Shown one piece after another: positions 13,395-25,296 of a stretch of 64,000 bases of DNA. Positions within the stretch are counted from its first letter, which is position 1. Every line of letters starts with the position of its first letter. Position numbers and translations under genes: made by a program. Source of the stretch: Auanema rhodensis (Eukaryota > Animalia > Nematoda); contig OZ059894.1 in NCBI GenBank assembly GCA_964057225.1, positions 16,058,001 to 16,122,000 of the forward strand. The letters are read 5' to 3'. The notes under the pieces are model-generated. The model had not been told where the DNA came from. It saw only the letters and a list, made by a program, of their open reading frames with translations, and ran no database searches.

Positions 13395-16300
13395 TCAATA
13401 AATTCTATTGGATAGAATATGATTATCGGATTTCTTCGGTATTCTTTTCTGAAAATCCTTTGTGATTTCTTGAATTATTGGTAAATATAAATCCGTTGTT
13501 GCATTTAAACCGAAAACAAAATCTAAATGAGTGTATTTGAGCAGCTCAACACTTCCAACTATCGTATGATTCATTGACTTCAATATAGTTTCTCTGAAAT
13601 CAAAATATAAAACTATTCTAGTCAGCATTAATGAAAACCTGATATCATCCGTATCGGCTAATATGTCATCTTTGCTCCAATATATATAAGTAGGTGTAAC
13701 AATCTTTGTTAGATTGTATGTAGGAGGTGTACTCTAAAATATCATAACTGATAACCAACATATACCAATGTTGTAATACTACATTGAATCTTTGTATTAT
13801 AAAGCCTTTTCTCTAAAAAGGGTCAGGCCAACTTTTCAGCTCGGAAAGCCTGGGCTCGAGAAGGACGGAGAAGAATCGAAGAACTCGATTCAGGCACCTG
13901 TTGTCCTATACAAGCCTCTCTACTCCAAACTCTCTCTGAGAATGGATAGAAGTCTCATCATCCCCTTTGTCTAACGAACTTGCGCCGCACGGTCAACAGA
14001 TATGCACTTGCAGCGTATCTCTTACGGGTGCACAAGCATCAATAAAATAGAAAAAAGTTCACTGTCCTCTTAGTAGAACTACATCATGCAAATAGCAACT
14101 TCAAAACCAATTCGAAATTTTATAATACATACAGTTCTTAAAGGAACTGTAGCAAACAAAAACAAAAGCTATTTTATATTCAAAGGGTCAGGCCAACTTT
14201 TCAGCTTAGAAGGCCCGGGCTCGAGAAGGACGGAGAAGAATCGAAGAACTCGATTCAGGCACCTATTGTCCTATACAAGCTTCTCTACCCCAAACTCTCT
14301 CTGAGAATGGATAGAAGTCTCATCATTCCCATTGTCTATAAATGGAATGCCAATCTGCGACTACTTATCCAGTTGCAATGTATCTGATATGAGTGTTGCA
14401 ATAATTTTGAAACAATTTTGAAACGTTTTAATGCTATGAAAGTTCTAAAAGAGTTATTTCTCATCTATTTTTGTTCTTTCTGATCGAACACTACAGGAAA
14501 AACAATCAATGCGGTCAATAAATCATTTTGCAGGTGAATCACGTGCCCTAGCATTCTGTGTCTCCTTCACAATTTTATTATCAAAGGGTCAGGCCAACTT
14601 TTCAGCTTAGAAGGCCCGGGCTCGAGAAGGACGGAGAAGAATCGAAGAACTCGATTCAGGCACCTATTGTCCTATACAAGCTTCTCTACCCCAAACTCTC
14701 TCTGAGAATGGATAGAAGTCTCATCATTCCCATTGTCTATAAATGGAATGCCAATCTGCGACTACTTATCCAGTTGCAATGTATCTGATATGAGTGTTGC
14801 AATAATTTTGAAACAATTTTGAAACGTTTTAATGCTATGAAAGTTCTAAAAGAGTTATTTCTCATCTATTTTTGTTCTTTCTGATCGAACACTACAGGAA
14901 AAACAATCAATGCGGTCAATAAATCATTTTGCAGGTGAATCACGTGCCCTAGCATTCTGTGTCTCCTTCACAATTTTATTATCAAAGGGTCAGGCCAACT
15001 TTTCAGCTTGAAAAGCCTGGGCTCAAGAAGGACGGAGAAGAATCGAAGAACTCGATTCAGGCACCTATTGTCCTATACAAGCTTCTCTACCCCAAACTCT
15101 CTCTGAGAATGGATAGAAGTCTCATCATTCCCATTGTCTATAAATGGAATGCCAATCTGCGACTACTTATCCAGTTGCAAGGTATCTGATATGAGTGTTG
15201 CAATAATTTTGAAACAATTTTGAAACGTTTCAATGCTATCAAAGTTCTAAAAGAGTTATTTCTCATCTATTTTTGTTCTTTCTGATCGAACACTACAGGA
15301 AAAACAACCCACGTGGGCAACGTGAGTCACGTAGACCAGTATTTTCTCCTTGAAATCTTAATACGGTTGTGTTTTTTCGTGAGTAAATTATATACAGATA
15401 TCAAATGTTTCGAAAGATTCGAACTAGTTTTAGTATACAAAGAAATCTAGTTACTGTACCTGTCCATATGCTCTTCTGTTTGATTCTTCATTTCCGTAGT
15501 CAAATTTTTGAAGTTTTTGGCTTTTAACCAACTTAAAATAAAATTTTTAATAGTTTAATGAAGTAATTCTAAGATATTACCTGTACCCAATGCAGAAGAT
15601 CTTTAGTTGAAGTTGCTGCAGGCATGTGACACATGTATACACCAACTCTTGTCTAATTCATAAATATATATCATACTCATATAATATATAATAATTACCA
15701 TATTAAACTGTGTTTCTTTGCCATCTACAATTCCAATATCAAGTGTGCATATATTTTGTCCAATCGGTAAACTAAATAAATAATTAATCTAAACTTGCAA
15801 CCATCGATGATGCTAAACCTGCAGAGAGTACTTATAATTTTCTGCAAAAATTTTGGAAACATCAAGGGTGAATTTGGAACACGAGATAATATAATCTATA
15901 ATATATTATTATATCTAAATAATAAATAATCTCATTTTTTACTTTTACAAAATCGATTAAACGCGATCCTAAGTACTTGAACAGTCCTCCAATATGTGAA
16001 ACTGTTGCTACAGGGGCAAGAGCATGAAATTGTCGAATCTATAAAGTATCAAAACATATTTGTGGTTAGAAAATAATAAAGAAGACCTTTTTTCCAAATT
16101 CAGGTTCATCAGCTAGTTTAGCAAACATTATAACTGTTCCTTGTGAATGTCCTATATAGTAAAGACTTTCCTTAATATTTTTGTTTATTATTTTCTAATA
16201 AAGTTTATTAAAATCTTACTTCACCTGTTTCCCGTAAGACATAATCAATACTTGATGATAAATCATATTGAGACATATCTTGCCATCTGAAAAAAACTTC

Positions 16301-16886
16301 TTTTTACCAAGAAACTTCTATGGTACTAAACGTAAAGTTCCAAAATCGTTCGTCATCTGGACCAAATCCTACATGTTTTTGGGAAGCTGGAGTTCCGCGA
16401 GAGTTTCCAATCCAAACATCAAAACCATGATCAGCGAACACTGTACCTAAACAGTATGAGGGTTCAAATAGAAAAATACATATAAGATGTCAATAACCTG
16501 CAGACTGTGAGGGTAAATTGGCTAAATAGTTATAAGAATCAGAGAACAGGCCATGTTGCATGAATACGACAGGTTTAATTGAGTTTGAAGATTCTGAGTA
16601 TTAGATCGACATACATATAATATTTAAAATAACACAATACCATTCTTTTTTCCTGTTATTCTATGTAATTCCAGAATAAAATCATCTTCTGTACGAACAA
16701 TGTGAGATTCTGAAGAATATCCGAAAAAGCGAGCAATTTCGGGCTACAAAATAGGAAATTCAAGAAAAATATACGTTAACATACCACTGTCATATAACAT
16801 TCTGGATCAAGAGTTGCTTTTACATATTCGGAAAAAATTAATAAAATCGATAAAACAGGATAAAATTTGAAATTTAGGAAGATCAT
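13395..16886 (-). CDS. Lysosomal acid lipase-like (lipl family)
   Basis: Signal peptide MIFLNFKFYPVLSILLIFSEYVKA, then DPECYMTV, ILELHRI and nucleophile elbow YYIGHSQG. Catalytic Asp region WSKDDILAD and His region YTHLDFVFG. A 1.7-kb intron (~13735-15460) carries the repeat/ncRNA array. Confidence 0.93.
13817..13972 (-). ncRNA. Candidate box C/D-type small RNA, copy 1 (PSE-driven)
   Basis: Minus strand reads AAAGGG-G-AUGAUGA (C box 13955-13961) ... CUGA (D box 13823-13826)-CCCUUU, a perfect 6-bp terminal stem. Internal hairpins include GAAUCGA/UCGAUUC. A PSE-like motif lies upstream. Confidence 0.7.
14001..14030 (-). promoter_or_regulatory. snRNA-type proximal sequence element (PSE/UM1-like); further copies at 14366-14395, 14767-14796 and 15168-15197
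   Basis: Minus strand CACCCGTAAGAGATACGCTGCAAGTGCATA versus CACTCATATCAGATACATTGCAACTGGATA in copies 2-3. The block is conserved exactly 27 nt from the RNA's conserved 5' end while the spacer is not. ACCCG-N5-N6-CTGC matches the spacing of the C. elegans PSE (ACCCG-N5-TGTCGG-CTGC, recalled). Confidence 0.65.
14181..14337 (-). ncRNA. Candidate box C/D-type small RNA, copy 2
   Basis: CAAUGGG-A-AUGAUGA...CUGA-CCCUUUG terminal stem; paralog of 13817-13972. Confidence 0.65.
14582..14738 (-). ncRNA. Candidate box C/D-type small RNA, copy 3
   Basis: Identical to copy 2. Confidence 0.65.
14983..15139 (-). ncRNA. Candidate box C/D-type small RNA, copy 4
   Basis: As copy 2, with a few substitutions, some shared with copy 1. 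Confidence 0.65.
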
Positions 16887-18012
16887 CTGATATCTCAGCA
16901 ACCACAATGAAACAGTTGTCAGTATTGAGAGTATGTTTGTGTGACTCAGACAAATGAAAAAAAAAGAATTGAGGAAACAATTAGTGAAGAATAAGATACT
17001 AAGGTCATCAATGTGATAATATAGGCCATAGATTGTGAACAATTACTATTTTTAGGTTTAATTTTAGGAAAAATGATAATGTTTGTGAACATGTTAAGGT
17101 TTGTTGATGCGGGGGTATGATAAAATGATGATAATTGAACAATAAATGACTAATTATATTAAATATAAATATATGTATGTATAACTATATTATATAATTA
17201 TAGTTAAATATAAAGAATATTTGAAATGTTTTTCTTATTTGTCATGCCAAAGCCTTAATTTCTTCTTAAATTTTAATAATATGAATAATAAATATAAAGA
17301 GGAGACTTGTTATAGATAGATTGATTTTGACAATTCGCTTTAAGGCAACTAGATTTTAACAGATAACTATTCACATATTATTATTATTTTGTTTTTGATC
17401 TTCTAGCAAAAGATGAACAATGACAGTTGTAAGAAATACTTTTTTCTTCACCAAACAGTATTTCTATCTGAGGATCGTACTGAAATCTTGCACTAGTCCG
17501 ATTGGCTTATTTTGTTGAAAGTTTTGTCCTTTTTTACCCAATTGACCTCAAAAAATACTTTGTTTTTCCTTATATAATCAGAAACTTTTATAATACTTAT
17601 GAGTTACCTCACTGTAGTTCGTAATAAAAACTGGTTAGTTCAAGCTGAACTCCCTATTAAAATCTGGAAATGAACAAGATTTTTCCATAGTTTTTTTTTT
17701 ATAAAATTTGTTATTAAAATGTTTCTTTCTAATAAACAAACTTATTCATTTATAGTTTCAAATAAAAAAAATAGTTTTGTTTTCGTTATTTTCATTTACC
17801 TGTAGTATTCAAAAAAAAAAACTTATTCATTCAGTATAAAGTGTGAAATATTTTTGCAAACAAGTCATTATTTTCCTTTCCTTTCTTCAATAAAATCCTT
17901 TTAAACCTTTTAACTACTTAACTAAGACGTTATGACCTGAATTTCTTTCATTTTGATTTAATTTTAAGTACAAAATCATTATATCAACATTCACAATTTA
18001 GGAAATAAACAA

Positions 18013-19213
18013 ATGGCTGTTTTGTTTTACATCATTTTCATTATATTACCATATAACTATCAAGCTTTTTTCTTAGGAGATAATGGAGGATGTCAATCAA
18101 GGTATATAATTCATTTTAAAAGAAAAAAAAAAGAAATTTAAATGTATTTTAGTCCATGTATGCCTTTCTTACAACTACCTGCACGACAACCATCATGGTA
18201 TGTTTTTTCTTCTTTTCAATTATATTATTATGATAAATTTTAAAAAAGAATTTCAATAAACAGAATTCTGCAATATGGTTGTATCTACTATTACAAATTA
18301 TTTTTATTTAAATTATTTTTTCATGTAATATCATTGTATTTTTGTTATTTTTAGTTCACCACCTTGTAGTCCTCCACAACGTGTTCCTGTTTTAGTATCC
18401 GAGCCAGCACCTTGGTAAGTTGATCATGTTTCAAGTTAAGAAAAAAACTTTTATTTAAGCTCACCATGTAATTCTGATAATTATAATCCGAAGTTTATTG
18501 CTTTAACTCCAGCATGGTATTAACATTCATATCAAAAGCTGTTGATAAAAATTTGTATTTTCAGTTCACCATGCGATAACAACAACAATAATCAAAACTA
18601 TAATCCCGTAGCATATCAATCTGCATATAGCCCTCAGTATGTTCCAACTTCTCTTTATCAGATAACTCCCCAAGTCGTTCCAATGCCAATATTCTTATCA
18701 ATGATAACATCAGCAGCACAGTCTAATCGACCGCCTCCGGCTTCACCAGTTACCTCATTCGTACATATGCCTAAGTCTGCACGCATTTCTACACCGTCAG
18801 CTTATGCCTCTGCTGTCACAGTAGAACCACCCAGTTATAGAACGTCAGGTGAAGAGACTGTTGCAACATTTGAAGTGCCACGCTATGCGCCAACTCATGC
18901 TGTTTTTGAAAAAACGAAGTATGCAGAACCCGACACATACAAATTTTCTGGATCAGCTACCGTAAAGCCCAAATATAATGAGGAAAATAATGAATATCGT
19001 ACTACTGATTACAACTATAGACCTCCTGTTCCAACATCTCCAGACGAAGAAAAAGAAGAATATGAATCATTGGGAAACTTTGGAACAGGCTTCATGAAAA
19101 CTTCATATTCTAATCCAAGTAACTTAAGACATGCCATTGCAAACTTTATAAAGCACGAAATGAAAAAAAAGAAAAGTTCAAGTACATCAGCCAAGTTTGA
19201 TTATCGTCTTTGA
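18013..19213 (+). CDS. Secreted Pro/Tyr/Ser-rich protein, divergent cuticlin-2-like
   Basis: Signal peptide MAVLFYIIFIILPYNYQA, then FFLGDNGGCQSSPCMPFLQLP. Four short exons are joined by phase-2 introns, giving repeated CSP(P)C motifs. The long last exon is ORF 18542-19213. Confidence 0.75.
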
Positions 19214-20634
19214 TTGTTTTTTTCGGTACATTTTTTGGAAAAAAAGTACTTTCACTCTTGTTTGTAAAAAAGAATAATTGTCAGTAACCTATGTCATTAT
19301 ATATATATATATATAGAAAGTGCTATATTAATAAATAATTTGAAATATTTCTACTTTTAATTTACTTTTTTCATAAATTTTAAGTTTATTATGATTGAAC
19401 GGCTAACTTATCACATATATTTCAATGGTTTTTATTTATTTTAATTCTAAATATATGTAAGTAAACAATTTAAAGATTTTTTCAGTAAAGGAAATAATAT
19501 TTAAAGAATAAATAATTAATATAATATTTAAATATATACAAGAAACAAACGTCTTATGAAAATGGGGCTTTTTAAACATTAAAGCTTAAGAATATATATC
19601 AAAACTTAAATATTTATAGCTTTATTAAAATCTTAAAAATGAAAGTTAATCTTACTTCAAATAATGAAGTTGAAATAACATGAATGATGAAAAAGCTGGA
19701 ACTTGGAACAAATTTTATCTATGCCTCTTGTAAAATGAAGATGAATTAGCAACAAAACCTTTGAATTAATCTTATTAAATGAAATTGGCGACCTTGTTCA
19801 AGTTTCAATGCTTTTAAGAGGACAGGATGTTGAAGAATGCTTTTTCATATTTGCCAACAACGAAAAAAAATTGTCAACTTAATGAATTTAAAAAAACTAG
19901 ACCTTTAATTATTCCTCGTTTAACACAGCATGATGTCATTTTTAAGACCATATGTTTCTTTCATTAGGTACTTTATATGTATATATATGGTTAAAATGAA
20001 TATAGATTAATGAGATTAAAAACAGAAAGTTCCGCAGAAATTAGGAGAAGAAGTAAGAAAAAGATGAATAGATTTGAATTGAATTTTGCGAAATACGAGG
20101 GAAAACAGAAAAAAATGGAGGCGATTGAATAAATAGCCTTACGCTGCAAGATTTGAAGAAGAGCGAAATAAGTTATAAATCCACCTTATCCGTTAAAGAA
20201 AATGTTCAAATTAACTAAATGGCTGAAAAACCCGTTTGAATTGTATTTTAGAATATACCACCTTGGTTTCGCACTTGTTGAACATATAATTGAGGATGAA
20301 CAGGCTGACTAAATTGTCATTTATGTGTTTCAAGTTGCATTGATAGAACCTGAAAAACATTTTGAGCCATGAGATTTTCGACCTCTAAAAAAGATTTTTG
20401 AAGCATAAAACTTGATAATGTTGTCATCTTTTAAGGAATTAGATAACCTGTCTTCACTTAGTTAAGCTCGTGTATATATAGCTAACCTCATCCAGTAGCA
20501 ACATCATCTTCTCCTCTTATGAAGCTTTCAGTAGCTTGAAGTGGCATGTAAGCTTTCTATTGAAGCTAATGTCAAACATTCTTTTATCTTTTTTAAAATT
20601 TTATAAATATTCTTAATTTTAATATTTTTAGAAA

Positions 20635-21045
20635 ATGAGATTCTTCGTTGTTGCTTTTGCTTGCATTGCTGTTACTCAAGCCTTTATCTTCGGTCCCTTA
20701 GGAGGAGGAGGAGGCGGCGGATGTGGATGGTGAGTTAAGCTCTTTCAACTTAAATCTTTTTTTTTTAATTCTGAAAGTTAACACTTTCATTGTCAAATTG
20801 TTTCAGCCCACCACCACCACCATCTTGTGGTTGCGGTGCTCCTCCTGCACTTCCACCACTTCCACCTCCACCATCACCTTGCGGTGGATTCCCACAACCT
20901 TCATGCGGAGGAGGATATGCTTCTCCACCTCGTGAGTTTTTCACACCACAAGACTTAATAAAACTTATGTTCTTTTTCAATTACAGTTCCACCACCACCA
21001 CCTCCACCACCATCTGGATACGCTACCTCTTATGGAAAGAAGTAA
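20635..21045 (+). CDS. Small secreted cuticlin-2 (CUT-2)-like protein
   Basis: Three coding exons: MRFFVVAFACIAVTQA-FIFGPLGGGGGGGCGCPPPPPSCGCGAPPALPPLP...SGYATSYGKK*. TATA box at 20472 and a 5'UTR intron. Confidence 0.88.
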
Positions 21046-24000
21046 ATTCAATGATTCTGAATTCTGAAAAACTTTGATTTTTCATATTTGTATATGTTTG
21101 TGATGATAATTATCTTAAACAATCAGAATGAATAGTCTTTCCGAAAACTGTTTAATTTCAATTTTTTTCCACAATTATATTCCCCATTTTCAAGTAAAAG
21201 ATTATAACTATATTATATGAAAGATCTTTCATCTTTCATGTCTTTTGAGCCACCTGCTTCTGGGCCATTTTCTATTTAGAGGCTAGAGATTCAATGTCAC
21301 AAAATGAATGATAAAGTAATTTCTCTCTCAGAAAATCTGCTTTCCCTCTGTCCTCAATTTGAAAGTGAATAATAGATAAACTATCCTTTGGTGTTTCAAC
21401 AACTCATCATGTTAGAGCATCTTATACTGCCGCCTGTCAATGAAAATCTTTGGTATTTTTCATTATTTCTTTTCACTCTCTTTCTCTTTCTATCTCTCAT
21501 CTCTTTCACCTGGTAATTTATCAAAATCTGCACATGGAAAGATGGCTGAGTATTGCCGAAAGCCGGTTAAGACGCTGTCCGTCTAGTCAGATAAGGCCCG
21601 ATGATGACTACTACGAGGACCAAGGAGGCTTCCTTGACAGCGGCGGACCCTGACGGCGCGCTTATCGCAATTGCGCGTCGCGAAAGCCGTTCAGCTCTCG
21701 TTGTCCTTCCTTGTGTCATTTCATTTATTACGGATTTTGGTATGGCTTCAACGGCAAAATTTCCGTTTTTCAATCTGCAGTATCATATCCTCTGGATAAA
21801 TGTTTCAGAGAAACAAAGCTAAAAACCTGTCGAAGGTTCGATTTTGTTCAAGAAGGAAGTCGCTTAAGATTTCAATAGCATTTCTATTGATATAACGCTG
21901 CTTTATTTATTATTTTCGGAAAAAAGTTGATGTTTTCTCCACTTGAAAAAGGTTTCAGTTCAAAATCATTAAAAGGTTTAAACTAAAATGTTGCAAAACG
22001 AAAGAAATTGAACGTTTTGATCTATTGATAATTACAATAATTGTCCTGTTAAATCGTAATTACATGTTTCAAAATTAAAACAAAAAGGTAAAAAAAACTT
22101 TTAAGATAACTATATCAGGTATATATGGTATATTAATGTTTAAATATTAAAAAAATATTTATTTTTTATTTAAAATATAAATAAAATAAAAATTTGTAAA
22201 AATACATAAATATTATATATATTTTCTCCCATTCACTTACTTAATTCTTTCTTTTCTTTTCTCAATTTATATCTATTTTCCTAAAATAAGGTCATTTATA
22301 GGATAGGTGCTATCGAGGTTTCCTTTATTCATCATAAATATATATATCTGTTCATCTGAATATAAAATATTAAATTTTCCCACGAGGACAACATACCCTA
22401 ATTGTCTCTTTGAAGTCATTTATAATTTCAGGTTTGAAAAAGAAATTTCGCAAAATATTTTTAGAAAAGAAACATTTTTGAATTATTTTGAACCTCCTTG
22501 ACCTGTTTTTACCGATTTTAGTTGATCATTCTTCGCAAAGGTGGAGAGATTTGCCAGCTACATATCAGCCTAAAGAGAACTACGTAACCAGAATGCCAAC
22601 TATACTTTGCAGATGACCTCGGAAGCTCTCTTCTGCTCAACCAACTGATCTTATGTTGTCCTTGATGTTAAAGAATGGCATCGGCAACATGGCCTCTCAC
22701 TCAAATTTTACTTGAATGAAGGTAACATCAGAATATCCGAAGAAGATACATATGTACATGTACTACATGAACCGTTTTATCGTTTAGCCATAATCCTCAA
22801 AATTGATTCTAATGTTCTGGCTGTCTGGATACGGGTCGTTGTACGTTACATCCAGAACGATGCGCTCGAAATGGAAAGTGTCTTGAAGCGGGTGGGTGAT
22901 ACGATCATAAAAACTAAACTTCTTCTTTCATTCTACGTACTCCGTCTAGTTCAATGATTGCCATTTCATTCATCTGTCATTTCTTTCTATCGTAGCAGTC
23001 TGGAATCTCCTACGATTCGTGGTCCAGGCCATCATCTTCGTCCGTCTTCTGCGGTCTTTATCCATTCTTCTCCATCCACATCGAGGTCTAAAACGAGCGA
23101 TAACGAAAAGGACAATACGTAGACTGGATAAGAACTGTCTGAAATGGAATGTATCGCTTAAAGTGCATTCTGCACTATAATGGAGTTTTCCTTTTATCCG
23201 TTTCAAATCTGGAATTTCACCTCTGATCATCGTATTGTCATTCAAAAGATTCATTGACTTTTTTCATTATCCGGCTTCAAACTTAAAGCTCAAGAATATC
23301 AAAAAACAACTGTTCAATAGCTGTAATTCAAATGTGGAACAACAAAAAATGATCGGAACGGTCCTTGTTCAATCAGTTGTGAAAAGGAAAAACAGTTTTC
23401 ACTTCAAAATATGCATCGGAATACGAACATTACAACTGTGATTTTCTAGAATCTTCAAAGCTCTGCATAAAACTTATTTGAGATTTGCAATCGGTATTCT
23501 CTAAGGTCATACAAGCATGTATAGCTTACATCATTTTGGTTTTGACGTCACTGATCCGTGACGATGCCAACTGTAGATATTTCGATGACGCAGAAGACAT
23601 GGCCGATTTTCAAGGCTACTCTTGGGATTCCTTTGGCAAACTATCGACTTATATAACAACCAGAAAACTGTTTGTGATGCAACATCAGTATGAGTAAAAG
23701 AAAATCAAATGTTGAAATGATAATTTCATCATTAAACTATAAAGAGGAATTCAAAATGAAATTTGACGTATATATCACGTTGATTAGAACCGGATATGGT
23801 GATTCTGATGATGATGTTGATGATGATTAACTAAAAATACAACAAGACAGAAAGCTTCTTCATCCTGTGACATAATGCTTCATCTTGAGAAAGAATTTCG
23901 CAATAGGGTAATCATCTGAAGTATTTCAAGCTTCTATCATTTATTAACACGTGAACGAAAAAGAAAGATCTAGAATGTGTTTCCTGAAGACATGAAGAAT

Positions 24001-25226
24001 CAGAAAAATTCGAAAATCCGGTTCATTGACCAATTTAGGAATAATGAGGATAATGCTTGCACAAATGTATGATAACCATGAATAAAATGAACTTTTTATG
24101 AAATTAAAAAGTTTTATTTTCGTTTAAACTATCATAGAGAATCGTATTTAGAACATGTCATCTATTATATCTTCAATATCCTCATTCTCATCTTTAAATT
24201 GAACTTCAATCCAATTTTAATTGAATGTTTTATGAGAACAAAAAGTTAAATGTCCATATTTAAATCTATATGGCTATTTTTATCTTTTAACGTCTCCGGT
24301 GGTCTTCGAGAAAAAAAAAGAAGCAAAAAATCCTTTTTGGAACGAAAAATTTTATATCCAAAGTTTTTGAGTGATTTTTCGTGAAAAGAAAAAAGGATTC
24401 CAAATGAAACATTTGAAATTGAGATCAAATATTATATGAATATAGTTAATAAATATATATTTATCTTATCATATACATATATAATTTAATTTTTTAAATT
24501 GTAAAATAATTTTAAATTATTCAAAAATTAGCATATTTCACATATACGTCTAAATGTCTTCACGTATCGTTTAGCATGTTCAAGTTTCAATTCGATTCAT
24601 TTTCATTCTGAATAAAGATGTAGCAATTGCATTCCATTGAGTTTCCGGAAATAAATCAAAGAGATCAAACATAGAATTGGAACTTTCTATAAGTGGAAGA
24701 ACCTTATTTTTATATTTTTTCTTTTCTTTATAAGAATGGTCTTAGAAAGAAATTGCACATAGAAGAATGATCTTATAGGGTCTTTGAATGATCATAATCA
24801 TAAGAACAGTATTTCTACTTCCATAAGAAAGTCTACACACAAGTAATTGTACTTTTGAGTATTTCAAGATGAAAAGTCTTAGAAACTACAAGAATTATAC
24901 CAACCAAAATACAAGATTCCTAACTTCACTTCAATTTTGTTAGGAAAGTTTTTTAAGTTCAAATCTTTGACTTCGTATTTCGGTTTATGCAAATTTCATA
25001 TATTTCTGTATGGTTATCAATCAAGCTAAGCAAGCAAAGAAGTTCATTTAATTAGATAAATTCGTTCAACAATTATCTTAATTTGTTTCTAGAGTACAAA
25101 GGCAACTATTAGAGCCAGGTTGGTATCTTTTCCTTACACTACCGCCTTACCGGTGGTCGGCTAGGGGGGCGGTAGCCTGATCACGCCCACCAACGCCCGA
25201 GGGCACAGACAATGGGCCGAAAAGTG

Positions 25227-25235
25227 GTATATAAG
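25227..25235 (+). promoter_or_regulatory. TATA box of cut-2-like gene (equivalents at 20472, 28356 and minus-strand 30581-30589)
   Basis: GTATATAAG / GTATAAATAG match the nematode TATA consensus GTATAWWAG. They lie ~65-70 nt before the ATG here and at 28356, and further upstream in the two genes with a 5'UTR intron. Confidence 0.75.
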
Positions 25236-25296
25236 GACGGGAATTAGACGGCATAGGCACCAATCTGGTGAATTCGCCTTCTCTTCTCAACTAATC

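Larger units (their letters stand above)
14180..15307. repeat. Tandem repeat, 401-bp unit x ~2.8, inside the lipase intron
   Basis: Near-identical units start at 14181, 14582 and 14983. A more diverged partial copy lies at 13817-13973. Confidence 0.97.

Noticed and set aside
14375-14430. Hammerhead-like CTGATATGAG...GAAAC in the repeat
   Set aside because: The core has two extra bases, no stems I-III could be formed, and the sequence coincides with the PSE-like promoter block.
13792-15189. Repeated ORFs (...RVRPTFQL...EESKNSIQAP...) in the 401-bp array
   Set aside because: They have non-ATG or inconsistent starts and lie antisense to the host gene. Conservation is confined to the C/D-bounded element and the upstream motif, which fits an RNA gene better.
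14180-15307. CRISPR-like array
   Set aside because: Eukaryotic context, long units, and identical rather than unique spacers.
22500-24050. Possible non-LTR retrotransposon relic (minus strand ...EEWIKTAEDGRR*W)
   Set aside because: Only a short motif resembles the RTE C-terminus, and no RT or endonuclease motifs are visible. It needs a RepeatMasker/BLASTX search.
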